Shown here: in pieces, positions 17,911 to 27,491 of the stretch | Layout: every line of letters starts with the position of its first letter | How positions within the stretch are numbered: position 1 is the stretch's first letter | Assembly: GCA_963823665.1 (NCBI GenBank) | Contig: CAWGMQ010000007.1 | Coordinates: 416,001-480,000 of the forward strand | Direction of reading: 5' to 3' | DNA: 64,000 bases | DNA from: an uncultured Planctomycetota bacterium | GTDB taxonomy: Bacteria; Planctomycetota; Planctomycetia; Isosphaerales; Isosphaeraceae | Position numbers and translations under genes: made by a program | The notes under the pieces: generated by a model | Seen by the model: the letters and a program-made list of their open reading frames with translations, nothing else | The model's database searches: none | Told to the model about the DNA's origin: nothing

Positions 17911-19455
17911 ATGATGAGGGTAAGGAACGCGACGCTCGAGAAGATCGACCCTGCAGAGGCTTGGAAGCCGTGGCAGCCTTCGGCGGGGGATCCGTGGAAC
18001 CGGAAGTGGGCGGCTCAACTCTATCGGCGCGCGGCATTCGGGTATAGCCGCGAGGAGCTGATCGAAGCTGAGCGCCTCGGTCTGCAAGGGACGCTGGACT
18101 TGCTGTTCGAAGGCAGGCCCTATGCGACGGAATCGCTCGAGACGTTGATCGACGTGGGCCGGTTGGCGGCTCTGCGTGACGATGGGGGCAATCAGCTTCG
18201 GGGCTGGTGGCTGTACGCGATGCTCCAGGGCGGCCATCCGCTGCGCGAGAAGCTCACGCTCTTCTGGCACGATCATTTCGCGACCAGCCTGGTCAAGGTG
18301 CAGAACCCGGCGCTCATGTTTCGCCAGAACTGCCTGCTGCGCGAGCACGCGCTCGCGCGGTTTGGGCCGATGCTGCAAGCGATCAGCCGCGACGGCGCGA
18401 TGCTGGTGTGGCTGGATTCCAACAGCAACGTGAAGGGGAGGCCGAACGAGAACTACGCTCGCGAGCTGATGGAGCTTTTCAGCCTGGGGGTTGGCCATTA
18501 CACCGAGAAAGACGTGCGTGAGGCTGCGCGGGCCTTCACCGGCTGGCGGACGGACGGCGCCGAATTTGCGTTCAACGCCGCTTCTCACGATGGCGGGGCC
18601 AAGACGGTGCTGGGCCGGACGGGCAACTGGGATGGCGGCGACGTGGTGCGGATCGTGCTCGAGCAGCCCGCGGCGGCACGTTTCCTGGTGCGCAAGCTGT
18701 ACCGGTTCTTCGTGAGCGAGGCGGATCAAGTGCCCGAGGCACTGCTCGAGCCGCTGTGCGAATCGTTCCGCAAGAGCGATTACGATATTGCGGCGCTCTT
18801 GCGGACGATACTTTCCTCGCGACATTTTTATTCGAGCCATGCGTTTCGCCAGCGCGTGAAGGGGCCGGTGGAATTCGTGCTCGGTGCGGTGCAAGCGGTT
18901 TGCAGGCGATACGCGGAAGACGAACCCGATTATCGGCCACTGCCGCAGCAAATGCTGGTGGGCGAGCTGGCCGAACTAGGGCAAGCCCTTTTCGCACCGC
19001 CGAACGTCAAGGGGTGGCCCGGCGGGAAGGCCTGGCTGAACACGGGGACCCTGCTCGAACGCTCCAATTTCGCTCAAGTGCTGGCGATGGGCACGATCTG
19101 GGCGACCAGGTCGCCGCAGCCGAGGGTGGCACCGGAATCGTCGTACTTATTCACCCTGCGGCAAGTTGTCGGTGCGATCGCGCCGGGCCTCTTCCCGATC
19201 GATATCGCTGCAGAGCCCAGTCCGCCCCGCGCTTTCGATCCGGCGCGGATCCTGGAGGAAGAGCACGTGAGCGGGGCGGAAGACGTGGTGCGCGTGCTGC
19301 TGGATCTTTACCTGCCGGGCGGCGTCTCTTCGATTCTGCGATCGAAGCTGGTGGCGTTCGTGGGCGAAGGGAAGCCGGAAAAGCAAGACCTCGAGCGGCG
19401 GGTGCGCGAGTCCGTGCATGCGATTCTCTCGCTGGCGGAATATCAACTGTGCTGA
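17911..19455 (+). CDS. DUF1800 family protein
   Basis: PLREKLTLFWHDHFATS, NENYARELMELFSLG, ARAFTGW, PPNVKGW, EYQLC terminus. Confidence 0.92.
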   Translation: MMRVRNATLEKIDPAEAWKPWQPSAGDPWNRKWAAQLYRRAAFGYSREELIEAERLGLQGTLDLLFEGRPYATESLETLIDVGRLAALRDDGGNQLRGWWLYAMLQGGHPLREKLTLFWHDHFATSLVKVQNPALMFRQNCLLREHALARFGPMLQAISRDGAMLVWLDSNSNVKGRPNENYARELMELFSLGVGHYTEKDVREAARAFTGWRTDGAEFAFNAASHDGGAKTVLGRTGNWDGGDVVRIVLEQPAAARFLVRKLYRFFVSEADQVPEALLEPLCESFRKSDYDIAALLRTILSSRHFYSSHAFRQRVKGPVEFVLGAVQAVCRRYAEDEPDYRPLPQQMLVGELAELGQALFAPPNVKGWPGGKAWLNTGTLLERSNFAQVLAMGTIWATRSPQPRVAPESSYLFTLRQVVGAIAPGLFPIDIAAEPSPPRAFDPARILEEEHVSGAEDVVRVLLDLYLPGGVSSILRSKLVAFVGEGKPEKQDLERRVRESVHAILSLAEYQLC

Positions 19456-19488
19456 GCTTATCGACTTACCATATCCGGAGACTATCTC

Positions 19489-20730
19489 ATGTTCAATCGT
19501 CGTAGATTCTTGACGCGATCGCTGCAAGGCTCATCGCTTCTGGCCATGGGCACGGTGGTTCCGCAGTTCGTTTCGCGCACGGCGGAGGCGGCTGCGCCGG
19601 GCAAGGACAACATCCTGGTGGTGCTCGAGATGACCGGGGGCAACGACGGGCTGAACACGGTGATTCCCTATGCCGACGACCTGTATCACAAGGCCCGGCC
19701 GACGCTGCGGCAGACCAAGGACGTCGTGATCAGGCTGGACGATCACGTCGGGCTCAATTCGGCGATGCAGGGCATCCGGCCGATGTGGGAGAAGGGGCAG
19801 TTGGCGGTGGTGCAGGGGGTAGGTTACCCCAATCCGGAGCGCTCGCACTTCGAAGCGATGGACATCTGGCAGTCGGCCGACCCGAAGGGGGTCGTCACGA
19901 CCGGCTGGTTGGGGCGTGCGGCGTGTGAGATGAAGAACCTCTCGGGAGGGGTGCCGATCTTGCAGGTTGGCTCGAAGAAATTGCCGCTGGCGCTTTCGGG
20001 TGCGCCGGGCGGCGGGGCAGTCACGGTGTTTGATCAGAATTCATTTCGTCTCCAGCTTGGTGGAGGCAAAGCCGCGCAGCAGAAGGCGAGGCGCAAGCTG
20101 CTGGATGAGCTGGCGGCGGCGGGCGCGAGCAATGGGGATCAGGATCTCACCTCGTTCATCCAGCGGCGGCAAGTGCAAACGCTGACGGCCGTGGAGACGC
20201 TGCGCGAGCTGATGGCGGGGAAGAACGCCGTTGCGCGGCCGGGCGCGGGGCTTTCGCAGAAGCTCTTGCTGATCGCCGAGTTGATCGACCGCGGGTTCGG
20301 CACGCGCATTTTCTATGTCAGCCTCGAAGGTTTTGACACGCACGCCGCGCAGGCCCCCGCGCATGCCGGATTGCTCGGTGAGCTGGCAAGCTCGATCAAT
20401 GCGTTTTTCGAGACCCTCAAGAAGACCGGCAACGACAGCCGGGTGCGACTGATGACGTATTCGGAGTTCGGCCGGAGGGTGCAGGAGAACGGCAGCCGGG
20501 GCACGGACCATGGCGCGGGTTCTTGCCTGTTCCTGGCCGGGCCGTCGGTCAAGGCGGGCGTGGTGGGCAAGCACCCGAGCCTGGCCGATCTCGACGCCGA
20601 TGATCTCAAGTACCACACCGACTTCCGCCGTGTTTATGCGACACTGCTCGACGGCTGGCTGGGGTGCGACAGCAAGTCGGTGCTGGGGGGCAAGTGGGAG
20701 CATGTGAAGGAGCTGGAGGCGAGGGTGTGA
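19489..20730 (+). CDS. DUF1501 family protein with Tat signal
   Basis: NRRRFL, GGNDGLNT, RSHF, GFDTH, SEFGRR, GTDHG. Confidence 0.92.
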   Translation: MFNRRRFLTRSLQGSSLLAMGTVVPQFVSRTAEAAAPGKDNILVVLEMTGGNDGLNTVIPYADDLYHKARPTLRQTKDVVIRLDDHVGLNSAMQGIRPMWEKGQLAVVQGVGYPNPERSHFEAMDIWQSADPKGVVTTGWLGRAACEMKNLSGGVPILQVGSKKLPLALSGAPGGGAVTVFDQNSFRLQLGGGKAAQQKARRKLLDELAAAGASNGDQDLTSFIQRRQVQTLTAVETLRELMAGKNAVARPGAGLSQKLLLIAELIDRGFGTRIFYVSLEGFDTHAAQAPAHAGLLGELASSINAFFETLKKTGNDSRVRLMTYSEFGRRVQENGSRGTDHGAGSCLFLAGPSVKAGVVGKHPSLADLDADDLKYHTDFRRVYATLLDGWLGCDSKSVLGGKWEHVKELEARV

Positions 20731-20773
20731 TTTTGTGCGTCAGGCAACGCGGCCGATCCGTAATCGGAGAGCA

Positions 20774-20802
20774 TTGACACGTAAGGCTGCGTGCAGTAGC
20801 TT
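20774..20802 (+). promoter_or_regulatory. Sigma70 promoter
   Basis: TTGACA-N17-TAGCTT. Confidence 0.65.
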
Positions 20803-20853
20803 TATCTTATCGAGTTGCTCGTGATGGGCACATTCGAGGAATTTGTTATGGTG

Positions 20854-20891
20854 GCCCGGCCGTGCACGTGTGTACGGACGGGTTTTTTTTT
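20854..20891 (+). terminator. Intrinsic terminator
   Basis: GCCCGGCCGTGCAC / GTGTACGGACGGGT hairpin followed by a run of 9 T. Confidence 0.75.
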
Positions 20892-21042
20892 GCACCCATC
20901 TTCTGTTGCGGTTGGGGGCCAGGAGTGTTTCTGCGGCGGATGGTTTTGGATTCGATGTCGCGGCGGGGGCATTCAGGGCTCATTTTGAAGGGGAAAGAGG
21001 ATGAAGATCGAAGTCGACTATCAAGATCGCCCTGTGGAGCGC

Positions 21043-21507
21043 ATGACATTGCTGGCGCACCAGTTCATGAGTAGCCCTGCCGTATCCGTTGGTCCGACGG
21101 CCAGCGTCGCCGAGGTCGCTCAGATCATGGCCGAGAAGCGCGTTGGCTGCGTTCTGGTTGTCGATCGAGAGGGAAAGTTGTGTGGCGTTGTCACGCAATC
21201 GGACTTCGGAGGTGACAATCACGCAGTTCCGTTCTCGATCGAACTGCTGCTCGAGATGTTCAGCCGAGCGCTGTCGCCGTCGGAATTCGATCGAATTCGC
21301 AATGATGCACGCTCGAAGACTGCAGAGGATATCATGGTAACCGAGGTCCATAGCGGCGAGGAGGAGACACCCGTTGAAGAACTGGCTCGATTGATGCTTC
21401 GTTACGACATCGATCACATTCCGATCGTCCGGGACGGGATGCCGGTCGGGCTCGTCGCGCGTCATGATTTTCTGCGGATGGTTGCGACGGACGAACAGTG
21501 TCGATGA
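21043..21507 (+). CDS. CBS domain pair protein
   Basis: FMSSPAVSV, VLVVD..GKLCGVVTQSD, AEDIM, IPIVRDG.PVGLVARHD; GGAG before ATG 21043. Confidence 0.88.
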   Translation: MTLLAHQFMSSPAVSVGPTASVAEVAQIMAEKRVGCVLVVDREGKLCGVVTQSDFGGDNHAVPFSIELLLEMFSRALSPSEFDRIRNDARSKTAEDIMVTEVHSGEEETPVEELARLMLRYDIDHIPIVRDGMPVGLVARHDFLRMVATDEQCR

Positions 21508-21599
21508 CGCGTAAGTCACGGCGCTCGTTTAATTGACTCGTTCGCGGGCGAGTCAGTCACGCTTTCCGGGCAACAGCGCCTCGAGGAGATCGATCAGCG

Positions 21600-22192
21600 A
21601 TGCGAGTGGTGGGCGGGTCGGCGAGGGGATCGAAGCTGCTGGTGGTACCGGGTGATGGGACTCGCCCCATACTGGATCGCGTCAAGACGGCGCTCTTTGA
21701 CATCCTGCGCCGCGGATCGACGGCATCACCGTGCTGGACTTATTTGCGGGGAGCGGAAGCGTGGGCATCGAGGCGCTCAGCCAGGGAGCGGCTCACTGCA
21801 CTTTCATTGACCGCGGGCACAAGGCGGTGGCCACGATCAAGAAGAATCTGGAAGTCACCGGTCTGGGCGACCGGGCCGACGTGTTGCACGGGGATGCGCT
21901 CGGGTATCTGAAAGCAACGACGAAGACGTTCGACCTGATCTATGTCGCCCCGCCTCAATACAAGGGGCTCTGGATCGAGGCCATGCGGCTGGTGGCGGGG
22001 CGGCTGGCGGCACCTTTGCGGGAAAGTGCGGAAGCTGAAGACGAGCGCGAAGCGGGAATGGCGATCGTGCAGATTGATCCCAAGGAATATGAAAGTCTTG
22101 ATTCAGGGCCGATACGCGAGGTGCGGCAGAAGCGGTACGGGAATACGATGCTGGTGTTCTATGAGATCTCGGACAGCGGCTGCGCGGAGTGA
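21600..22192 (+). CDS. rsmD: 16S rRNA m2G966 methyltransferase; frameshift near 21710
   Basis: MRVVGGSARG..L, TRPILDRVKTALF, LDLFAGSGSVGIEALSQGA, APPQY, RYGNT. Confidence 0.88.
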
Positions 22193-22274
22193 GGCTCGAT
22201 GGCTATTCCGGGAGGGAGAAGGAGGGGGCGGTTTTATCGGGGCACTGGCTGAGTGAGCGGCAGTCACTTGGCAC

Positions 22275-22306
22275 GGAGCGGGCGGCACACGGAGTGTGCC
22301 TGCTAC
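22275..22306 (-). repeat. GTAG-type REP, copy 1
   Basis: Minus strand GTAGCAGGCACACTCCGTGTGCCGCCCGCTCC; identical to 23743-23774. Confidence 0.8.
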
Positions 22307-22373
22307 AGGGGGATCGCCGGTGTGGCCGGCGCCGAACCGCTTTCGTCGTGAATTGCGGGAACGGATGTCGAGG

Positions 22374-23586
22374 TCACGGTTTGTCTGCGCGGGCCTTCCA
22401 GGCGGCGAGGACCTTGGCTTCGCGGTCCGGTGTGATACCGGCACGCAGCTTGGCGCGGCGGTCGGCGGGCTGGGTGGAGAACCAGTCGAGCGTGGCCTTG
22501 GCGGTCTCTTCGATCGGAAGGAAGGTCAGCCCTGCCTTCAGGGCGCGTGCGTTCGAGACTCTGGCGAAGCCTGCGGTATCGCCGGAGCTGGGCACCCAGA
22601 CGGGCATGTCGCTCCAGGCGTGAACGCCCTCTTTCTTGAGAAAGTCGGCATCGACCCATGTGAATTTGGCATTGCTTTGTGCGGCTCGCTTGCAGGCGGC
22701 GAGCAGCTTGCCGATCGTGAGGACCTTGTCGGGCCCGAGCGCGTTGAATACTCCGGTCGCCTTGTCCTCGATGAGCTTGACGAGGAACGAGCCCAGGTCG
22801 CGCACGTCGATCAACTGGACCGAGTCCTGGGGGGAGCCGGGCGCGAGCACCTCGCCGCCGCGCGCGACGCGGACTGGCCAGTAGGTGAATCGATCGGTGG
22901 GATCGTCGGGACCGACGATCAGGCCCGGGCGCACGACGGAGACTTTGCCGGGCATGGCTTCCTCGGCGGCCTTTTCGCTCAAGGCCTTGAGCGCGCCGTA
23001 GGTCTGGGCTGTGATCTTCTCGGTCGTGGTGTCGGGGATGGTGGACACCGGGGCCGATTCGTCCATGCCGGGCTTGCTCGTATCGTCATAAACGGAGATT
23101 GAAGAAATATAGACATAGTGGCTGATGTTCGGGCCCAGGACGGCCGCCGCCTTCTTGACCCAACGGGGGACGTTGGCGGAGGTGTCGACGACGGCGTCCC
23201 ACTTTCGGCCCTCGAGGGCCTTCAAGTCGTCGGTTTCGCGGTCGCCGTGCAGCTTCTCGAGATCAGGAAAGAGGCCAGGGCGCGTCTTGCCGCGGTTGAA
23301 GAGCGTGACCTTGTGGCCGCGTTTGAGGGCGGCTTCGACGGTCTGCGGGCCGAGGAAGCCGGTTCCGCCCAGCATCAAGATGGAAAGGGGTTTTTGCGCC
23401 CGTTCAACTGGGGGAAGACCTTCGGTCATGGGGACGGCGAGGTCGGAGACCCGCCGAACCGGGGACGCTGGGCGGGGTGAGTGACCCGCGCCCAACCGCG
23501 GCAGAGACCTCGTGTCCTCGCTCGATTGTGGCTGCTCCGAGGAGGGCACCGGCGGATAGACCGAGGAATTCGCGGCGATTTGTCAT
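22374..23586 (-). CDS. Tat-exported NAD-dependent epimerase/dehydratase (extended SDR); frameshift in the N-terminal linker
   Basis: MTNRREFLG signal (ORF 23404-23586), then LGGTGFLG, FNRG, YISSISVY, YGALK, RPGLIVGP. Confidence 0.85.
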
Positions 23587-23742
23587 TTTGGTGATCCTGT
23601 ATTCACGGTTGGACGTCGGATGCAGCTATAGTATAGTTACGCGCGCGGGTGCGTTCACGCCGCGTTTTTTGCAGCCGGGCAGAATCAAGGGCGATGTTTC
23701 GGCCCGGGATTTTCGAGCCGCGTTGATTTTCCGCTGGGGTCT

Positions 23743-23774
23743 GGAGCGGGCGGCACACGGAGTGTGCCTGCTAC
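23743..23774 (-). repeat. GTAG-type REP, copy 2
   Basis: 32-nt exact repeat of 22275-22306 with a GGCACAC/GTGTGCC stem. Confidence 0.8.
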
Positions 23775-23930
23775 GAGCACGGACCTTTGAGCCGCGCGGA
23801 TTTTCCGCGGGAGTCTGGACGCAGCCGCCCGGATGGAAAAGAATGATGTCCTCTCCCGTTGTAACTCATTCCGATATGGCCGCGGCAGTAAGTTCGCACG
23901 GGTTGCCGGCGAATCCGAGGAGACTTGACC

Positions 23931-25718
23931 ATGAGACGGTGCATTTTGGTCGCATGCATGGCGCTTGCCGTGTTGACGAGCTTCGCCCTCGCGGGCGCAG
24001 GGGGCGACAAAGGGAGTGGCAAAAGCGCGGACATCGAGCGCATCTTGTCCGTGGGGCACGAGCCGAGCCAGGTGATGGACCATCTCGACGTGCTTTGCAA
24101 CCGGATCGGCCCCAGGCTGACTGGGTCCGACAATCTGACGAATGCGTGCGAATGGGCGCGCGATCGATTTGCGTCGTTCGGAATCGACAATGCGCGGCTC
24201 GAGGAATGGGGCAAGTTTCCCGTCGGCTTCGATCGAGGGCCGTGGTTTGGCCACGTGATCGAGCCGGAGGCGAAAAGTCTCGATCTCGTGACGGCGGCCT
24301 GGTCGGCCGGCACCAAGGGAGTGGTTCGCGGCAAGGCCGTGCTTGCGCCGACGAACAAGAAAGAGCTGGACGAGGCGAAGGAGAAGGGGACGCTTGCGGG
24401 CGCGTGGGTGATCATGGCGGCGCGACCGGGTGGCGGGGGCGGGGGAGCGCCCGGGAAGGCTGCGGGTGCTGGAGGCGCGGCGCCGGCTCCCGCGTCCAGC
24501 CCCAGCCCCAGCTCGGATCCGGATTTCCGCCGCACGCTGCGCAAGGAGCTCGAGGATGCGAAGGTGGCCGGGATTATCACCAGCGTGGGCTCGAACGAGT
24601 TGCTGCTCACCTCCGGAAACTATCACATCTCGTGGGACAAGTTGCCGACCGTGCCTTCGATCGGCCTGTTGAGCAAGCAAGCATACGAGATCAGCAGTTG
24701 GATCAAAGAGGGCAAGCCGGTCACGCTCGAGTTTGACATTCGCAACTATTTCAAGAAGGGCCCGATCAAGTTGTATAACGTGATCGCCGACATCGTGGGG
24801 AGCGAGAAGCCCGAGGAGTATGTGATTGTCGGCGGCCACATCGATTCGTGGGACGGCGCCACCGGGGCGACCGACAACGGGACGGGCTGCGCGACCACGC
24901 TGGAGGCGGCCAGGCTGCTGATGAAGGCTGGTGTGAAGCCGAAGCGGACGATCCGGTTCATGCTGTGGAGCGGGGAAGAGCAGGGGCTGCTGGGCTCGGC
25001 CGCCTACTGCAAGGCGCACACGGATCTCATGACGAAGATCTCGGCCGTGCTGGTGCACGATGGCGGCACCAACTTCCTCTCGGGCATCGGCGCGACCGAC
25101 GCGATCTACAACGACTTCGAGCAGGTTTTCACTCCGGTCAAGGAGCTTGACCCGAAGAATTATCCGTTCGCGGTGAGCAAGGTACCGGGACTACGGGGTG
25201 GCGGCAGCGACCACGCGTCATTCCTGGCGGCCAACGTGCCGGGCTTTTTCTGGGGTCAGCGAGGCGGCACGGCCAAGTATCAGCATACGCACCACACGCA
25301 GTTTGATACATATGATGCGGCGATTCCGGACTATCAGAGGCACTCGGCGCTGGTGGTGGCGATGGGTGCGTATGGGATCGCCAATTTGGACCATCTGCTG
25401 TCTCGCGAGAAGATGAAAGCGCCCGGTGGCGGCGGCGGATTCGCCCGCCGAGGCCCCGGGGCGCGGCTCGAGGATATGGTCGTGACCGAAATCACCGACG
25501 GCAGCCCGGCACAGAAGGCCGGCATGAAGGAAGGTGACGAGATTCTCAAGGTCGACGGGACGAAGGTCGGCGAGACCATGGATTTCATCAACGCGTTTCG
25601 TGCCGGAGAGCCGAAGAAAACCGTCACCGTGCGGCGCGGCGGCAAGGAGATCGACCTGACGCTGACCAGGGAGGCACCGCCCGAGGGAGAGCCGAAGAAG
25701 GAAGCACCGCGGCCTTGA
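23931..25718 (+). CDS. Secreted M28 family metallopeptidase with C-terminal PDZ domain
   Basis: IGPRLTGS, GGHIDSWD, DNGTG, GEEQGL, SDH, HHTQFD; PDZ SPAQKAGMKEGDEILKVDG. Confidence 0.9.
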   Translation: MRRCILVACMALAVLTSFALAGAGGDKGSGKSADIERILSVGHEPSQVMDHLDVLCNRIGPRLTGSDNLTNACEWARDRFASFGIDNARLEEWGKFPVGFDRGPWFGHVIEPEAKSLDLVTAAWSAGTKGVVRGKAVLAPTNKKELDEAKEKGTLAGAWVIMAARPGGGGGGAPGKAAGAGGAAPAPASSPSPSSDPDFRRTLRKELEDAKVAGIITSVGSNELLLTSGNYHISWDKLPTVPSIGLLSKQAYEISSWIKEGKPVTLEFDIRNYFKKGPIKLYNVIADIVGSEKPEEYVIVGGHIDSWDGATGATDNGTGCATTLEAARLLMKAGVKPKRTIRFMLWSGEEQGLLGSAAYCKAHTDLMTKISAVLVHDGGTNFLSGIGATDAIYNDFEQVFTPVKELDPKNYPFAVSKVPGLRGGGSDHASFLAANVPGFFWGQRGGTAKYQHTHHTQFDTYDAAIPDYQRHSALVVAMGAYGIANLDHLLSREKMKAPGGGGGFARRGPGARLEDMVVTEITDGSPAQKAGMKEGDEILKVDGTKVGETMDFINAFRAGEPKKTVTVRRGGKEIDLTLTREAPPEGEPKKEAPRP

Positions 25719-25740
25719 GGCCGACTGGGATCCTTCGAGG

Positions 25741-26965
25741 TCAAACCGAGTCCGGCCGATCCCGCGCGGTTGTGCGCGGGGTTGCGTCGGCCGGTGCGCA
25801 AGGATGCTGGCACGTCGGCGAGCGCTTCGTCGGGCACGACGAACGAGTTTTCCAGCAGCTTCTCGTCTTCATTGATCAGGTCGGGGTAGCGCCGGCCCGG
25901 GAGCACGGCGACGGCGAAGACTTCCTGCACGCCCGACTCGAACCGAAGGAGAGCGACCACGCGGCCCGTGGCCAGCTCGACGGCACAGACGCCGCACGTG
26001 CGCTCGGACTCGGCGAGGCGCTCGGTGATCGGGATGCCGCTGAACACGGCGCTTTCACGAACCTGGGAGAGCCCAACGAACGCCAGGCCGCCGGCGAAGT
26101 CGAGGCCGCGGGTAAAGCCGGGCATTTCGGCGATCGGCGTGTAGCGGGAGGTTGCCGGGTCGATGAAGCCGAGCGTGCCGCCGCCGGACTCGCAGACCCA
26201 GAGGCGGCCGCCGTGCCAGCGAGGGGAGTGGGGCATGGAGAGCCCGCGGACGATTACCTCGCCGCTGGCCACGTCCATCAAGAGGCCGCCGTGGGCCTTT
26301 TTTTCACGCCATCCGGCGGGCGTGTCGGTCTCGCCCAGCGCCGTGACGTAGCGTGGGCGGCCATTGACCATGCCCAGGCCGTTCAGGTGGCAGCGGTCGG
26401 TCGGCTCGAGGGCGGTCACAAACGGCGGGCGCCACCGCGGCGTGAAGCTGGCGGAGCGGTCGAGCGTGCATAGACAAGAGAACCGGGTGTTGACGACCCA
26501 GAGCTCACCGCCTGAGCCCCAGGCCAGCTCGTGGCCCTGGATATTGCCCGTGACGTGGCAGGAGCGAGGCAGGAAGCAGCCGTCATGCCGGCCGGGGGGG
26601 TCGAGTTTTGTGGTGACGGCGGGGACGTCGACGAATTCCCACACCTGGATCGAGGTGCCCAGGGCCAGCCGGCCGGCATCGAAGGCCAGGCCCATGGGCG
26701 CCCGGAAGCTGCGGAAGTGGGTATTGAGGTGGTCTCCCTCATCGCGCACCATCACGAGTTTGCCGGCCTGGTAGGTGGTGACCAGGAGCGAGGCGTCGAG
26801 CTGCCGCAAGAGGGCAGGGAAGTTCATCGAGTGAACGGCACGCAGCGGCTCGGGCTCGGGAGTCTCGGGCTTGGGAGTCTCGGGCTTGGGAGTCTCGGGC
26901 TTGGTGTCGGCGCCTGGAGTGTTGTCGTCAGGAGCCGGGGCGGGCGTTTCGGTGGAGGATGGCAT
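25741..26965 (-). CDS. TIGR03032/DUF4915 family protein (3' end uncertain)
   Basis: SLLVTTYQAGKL, VNTRFSCLCT, DRCHLNGL, GLSMPHSPRW, PGFTRGL, VGLSQVRE. As read it runs on to 25334; a TGA in another frame sits at 25741. Confidence 0.8.
26858..26902. repeat. 3 x 15-bp coding tandem repeat (KPETP)
   Basis: GGGAGTCTCGGGCTT three times. Confidence 0.9.
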
Positions 26966-27491
26966 GGAGACGTCTCGCTGGGCAGCATCGCCTCCCGGCG
27001 CGGGGGAAAGCCGGGCCACACTGACTGCCGTGCAACCCGACGCCTTAGCCGGTGGACGCCCTGGTAGAAAAGGAGAAATGCGATTTCGTGATCGGCAGGA
27101 ATGAGAACCTTGGATCGCGGATCGCAGGTCGATTGAATGTTAATGCGGCCGATTGTAACTGAGGTGGATAGGTGCTGGCCAACAAAAACTCACTCGTGAT
27201 CAGTAGCGGGTGCATCGACGCCGCCGATCAAGTGCGCTATTGTCGAGGGAGACTGGCACAGCCGCCGCGGCCGCTGTGGTCGTGAGCGATGTGCTTCCTT
27301 CAATCTATCGATTTTGGCATGATCTTGGTTGTGCGGAGCCAAACGAAACGGGCTGAGTCACGGCTGAACAACCGCAGCGATGAATCGGGTGGCCGCTGCG
27401 GCCAGATGGACTAGGGGAAGAGCGTGGGCACGATTATGGTTCCACCGTGACTCTAGCCAGCCCGTCGATGTCATACGGGGTAGGAGTACTC

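Noticed and set aside
15036..18951. Long antisense ORFs (e.g. 15036-16466, 17407-18951, also 51146-52840, 56052-57590)
   Set aside because: These are shadow ORFs typical of high-GC coding DNA and show no recognisable motifs.
20808..20891. Known riboswitch (fluoride, ZTP, SAM, c-di-GMP)
   Set aside because: The consensus cores do not match by eye; kept only as an unclassified RNA candidate.
25334..25718. 385-nt convergent overlap of the TIGR03032 and M28 genes
   Set aside because: The extension is only the antisense of the PDZ region; a stop near 25741 was probably missed through an indel.
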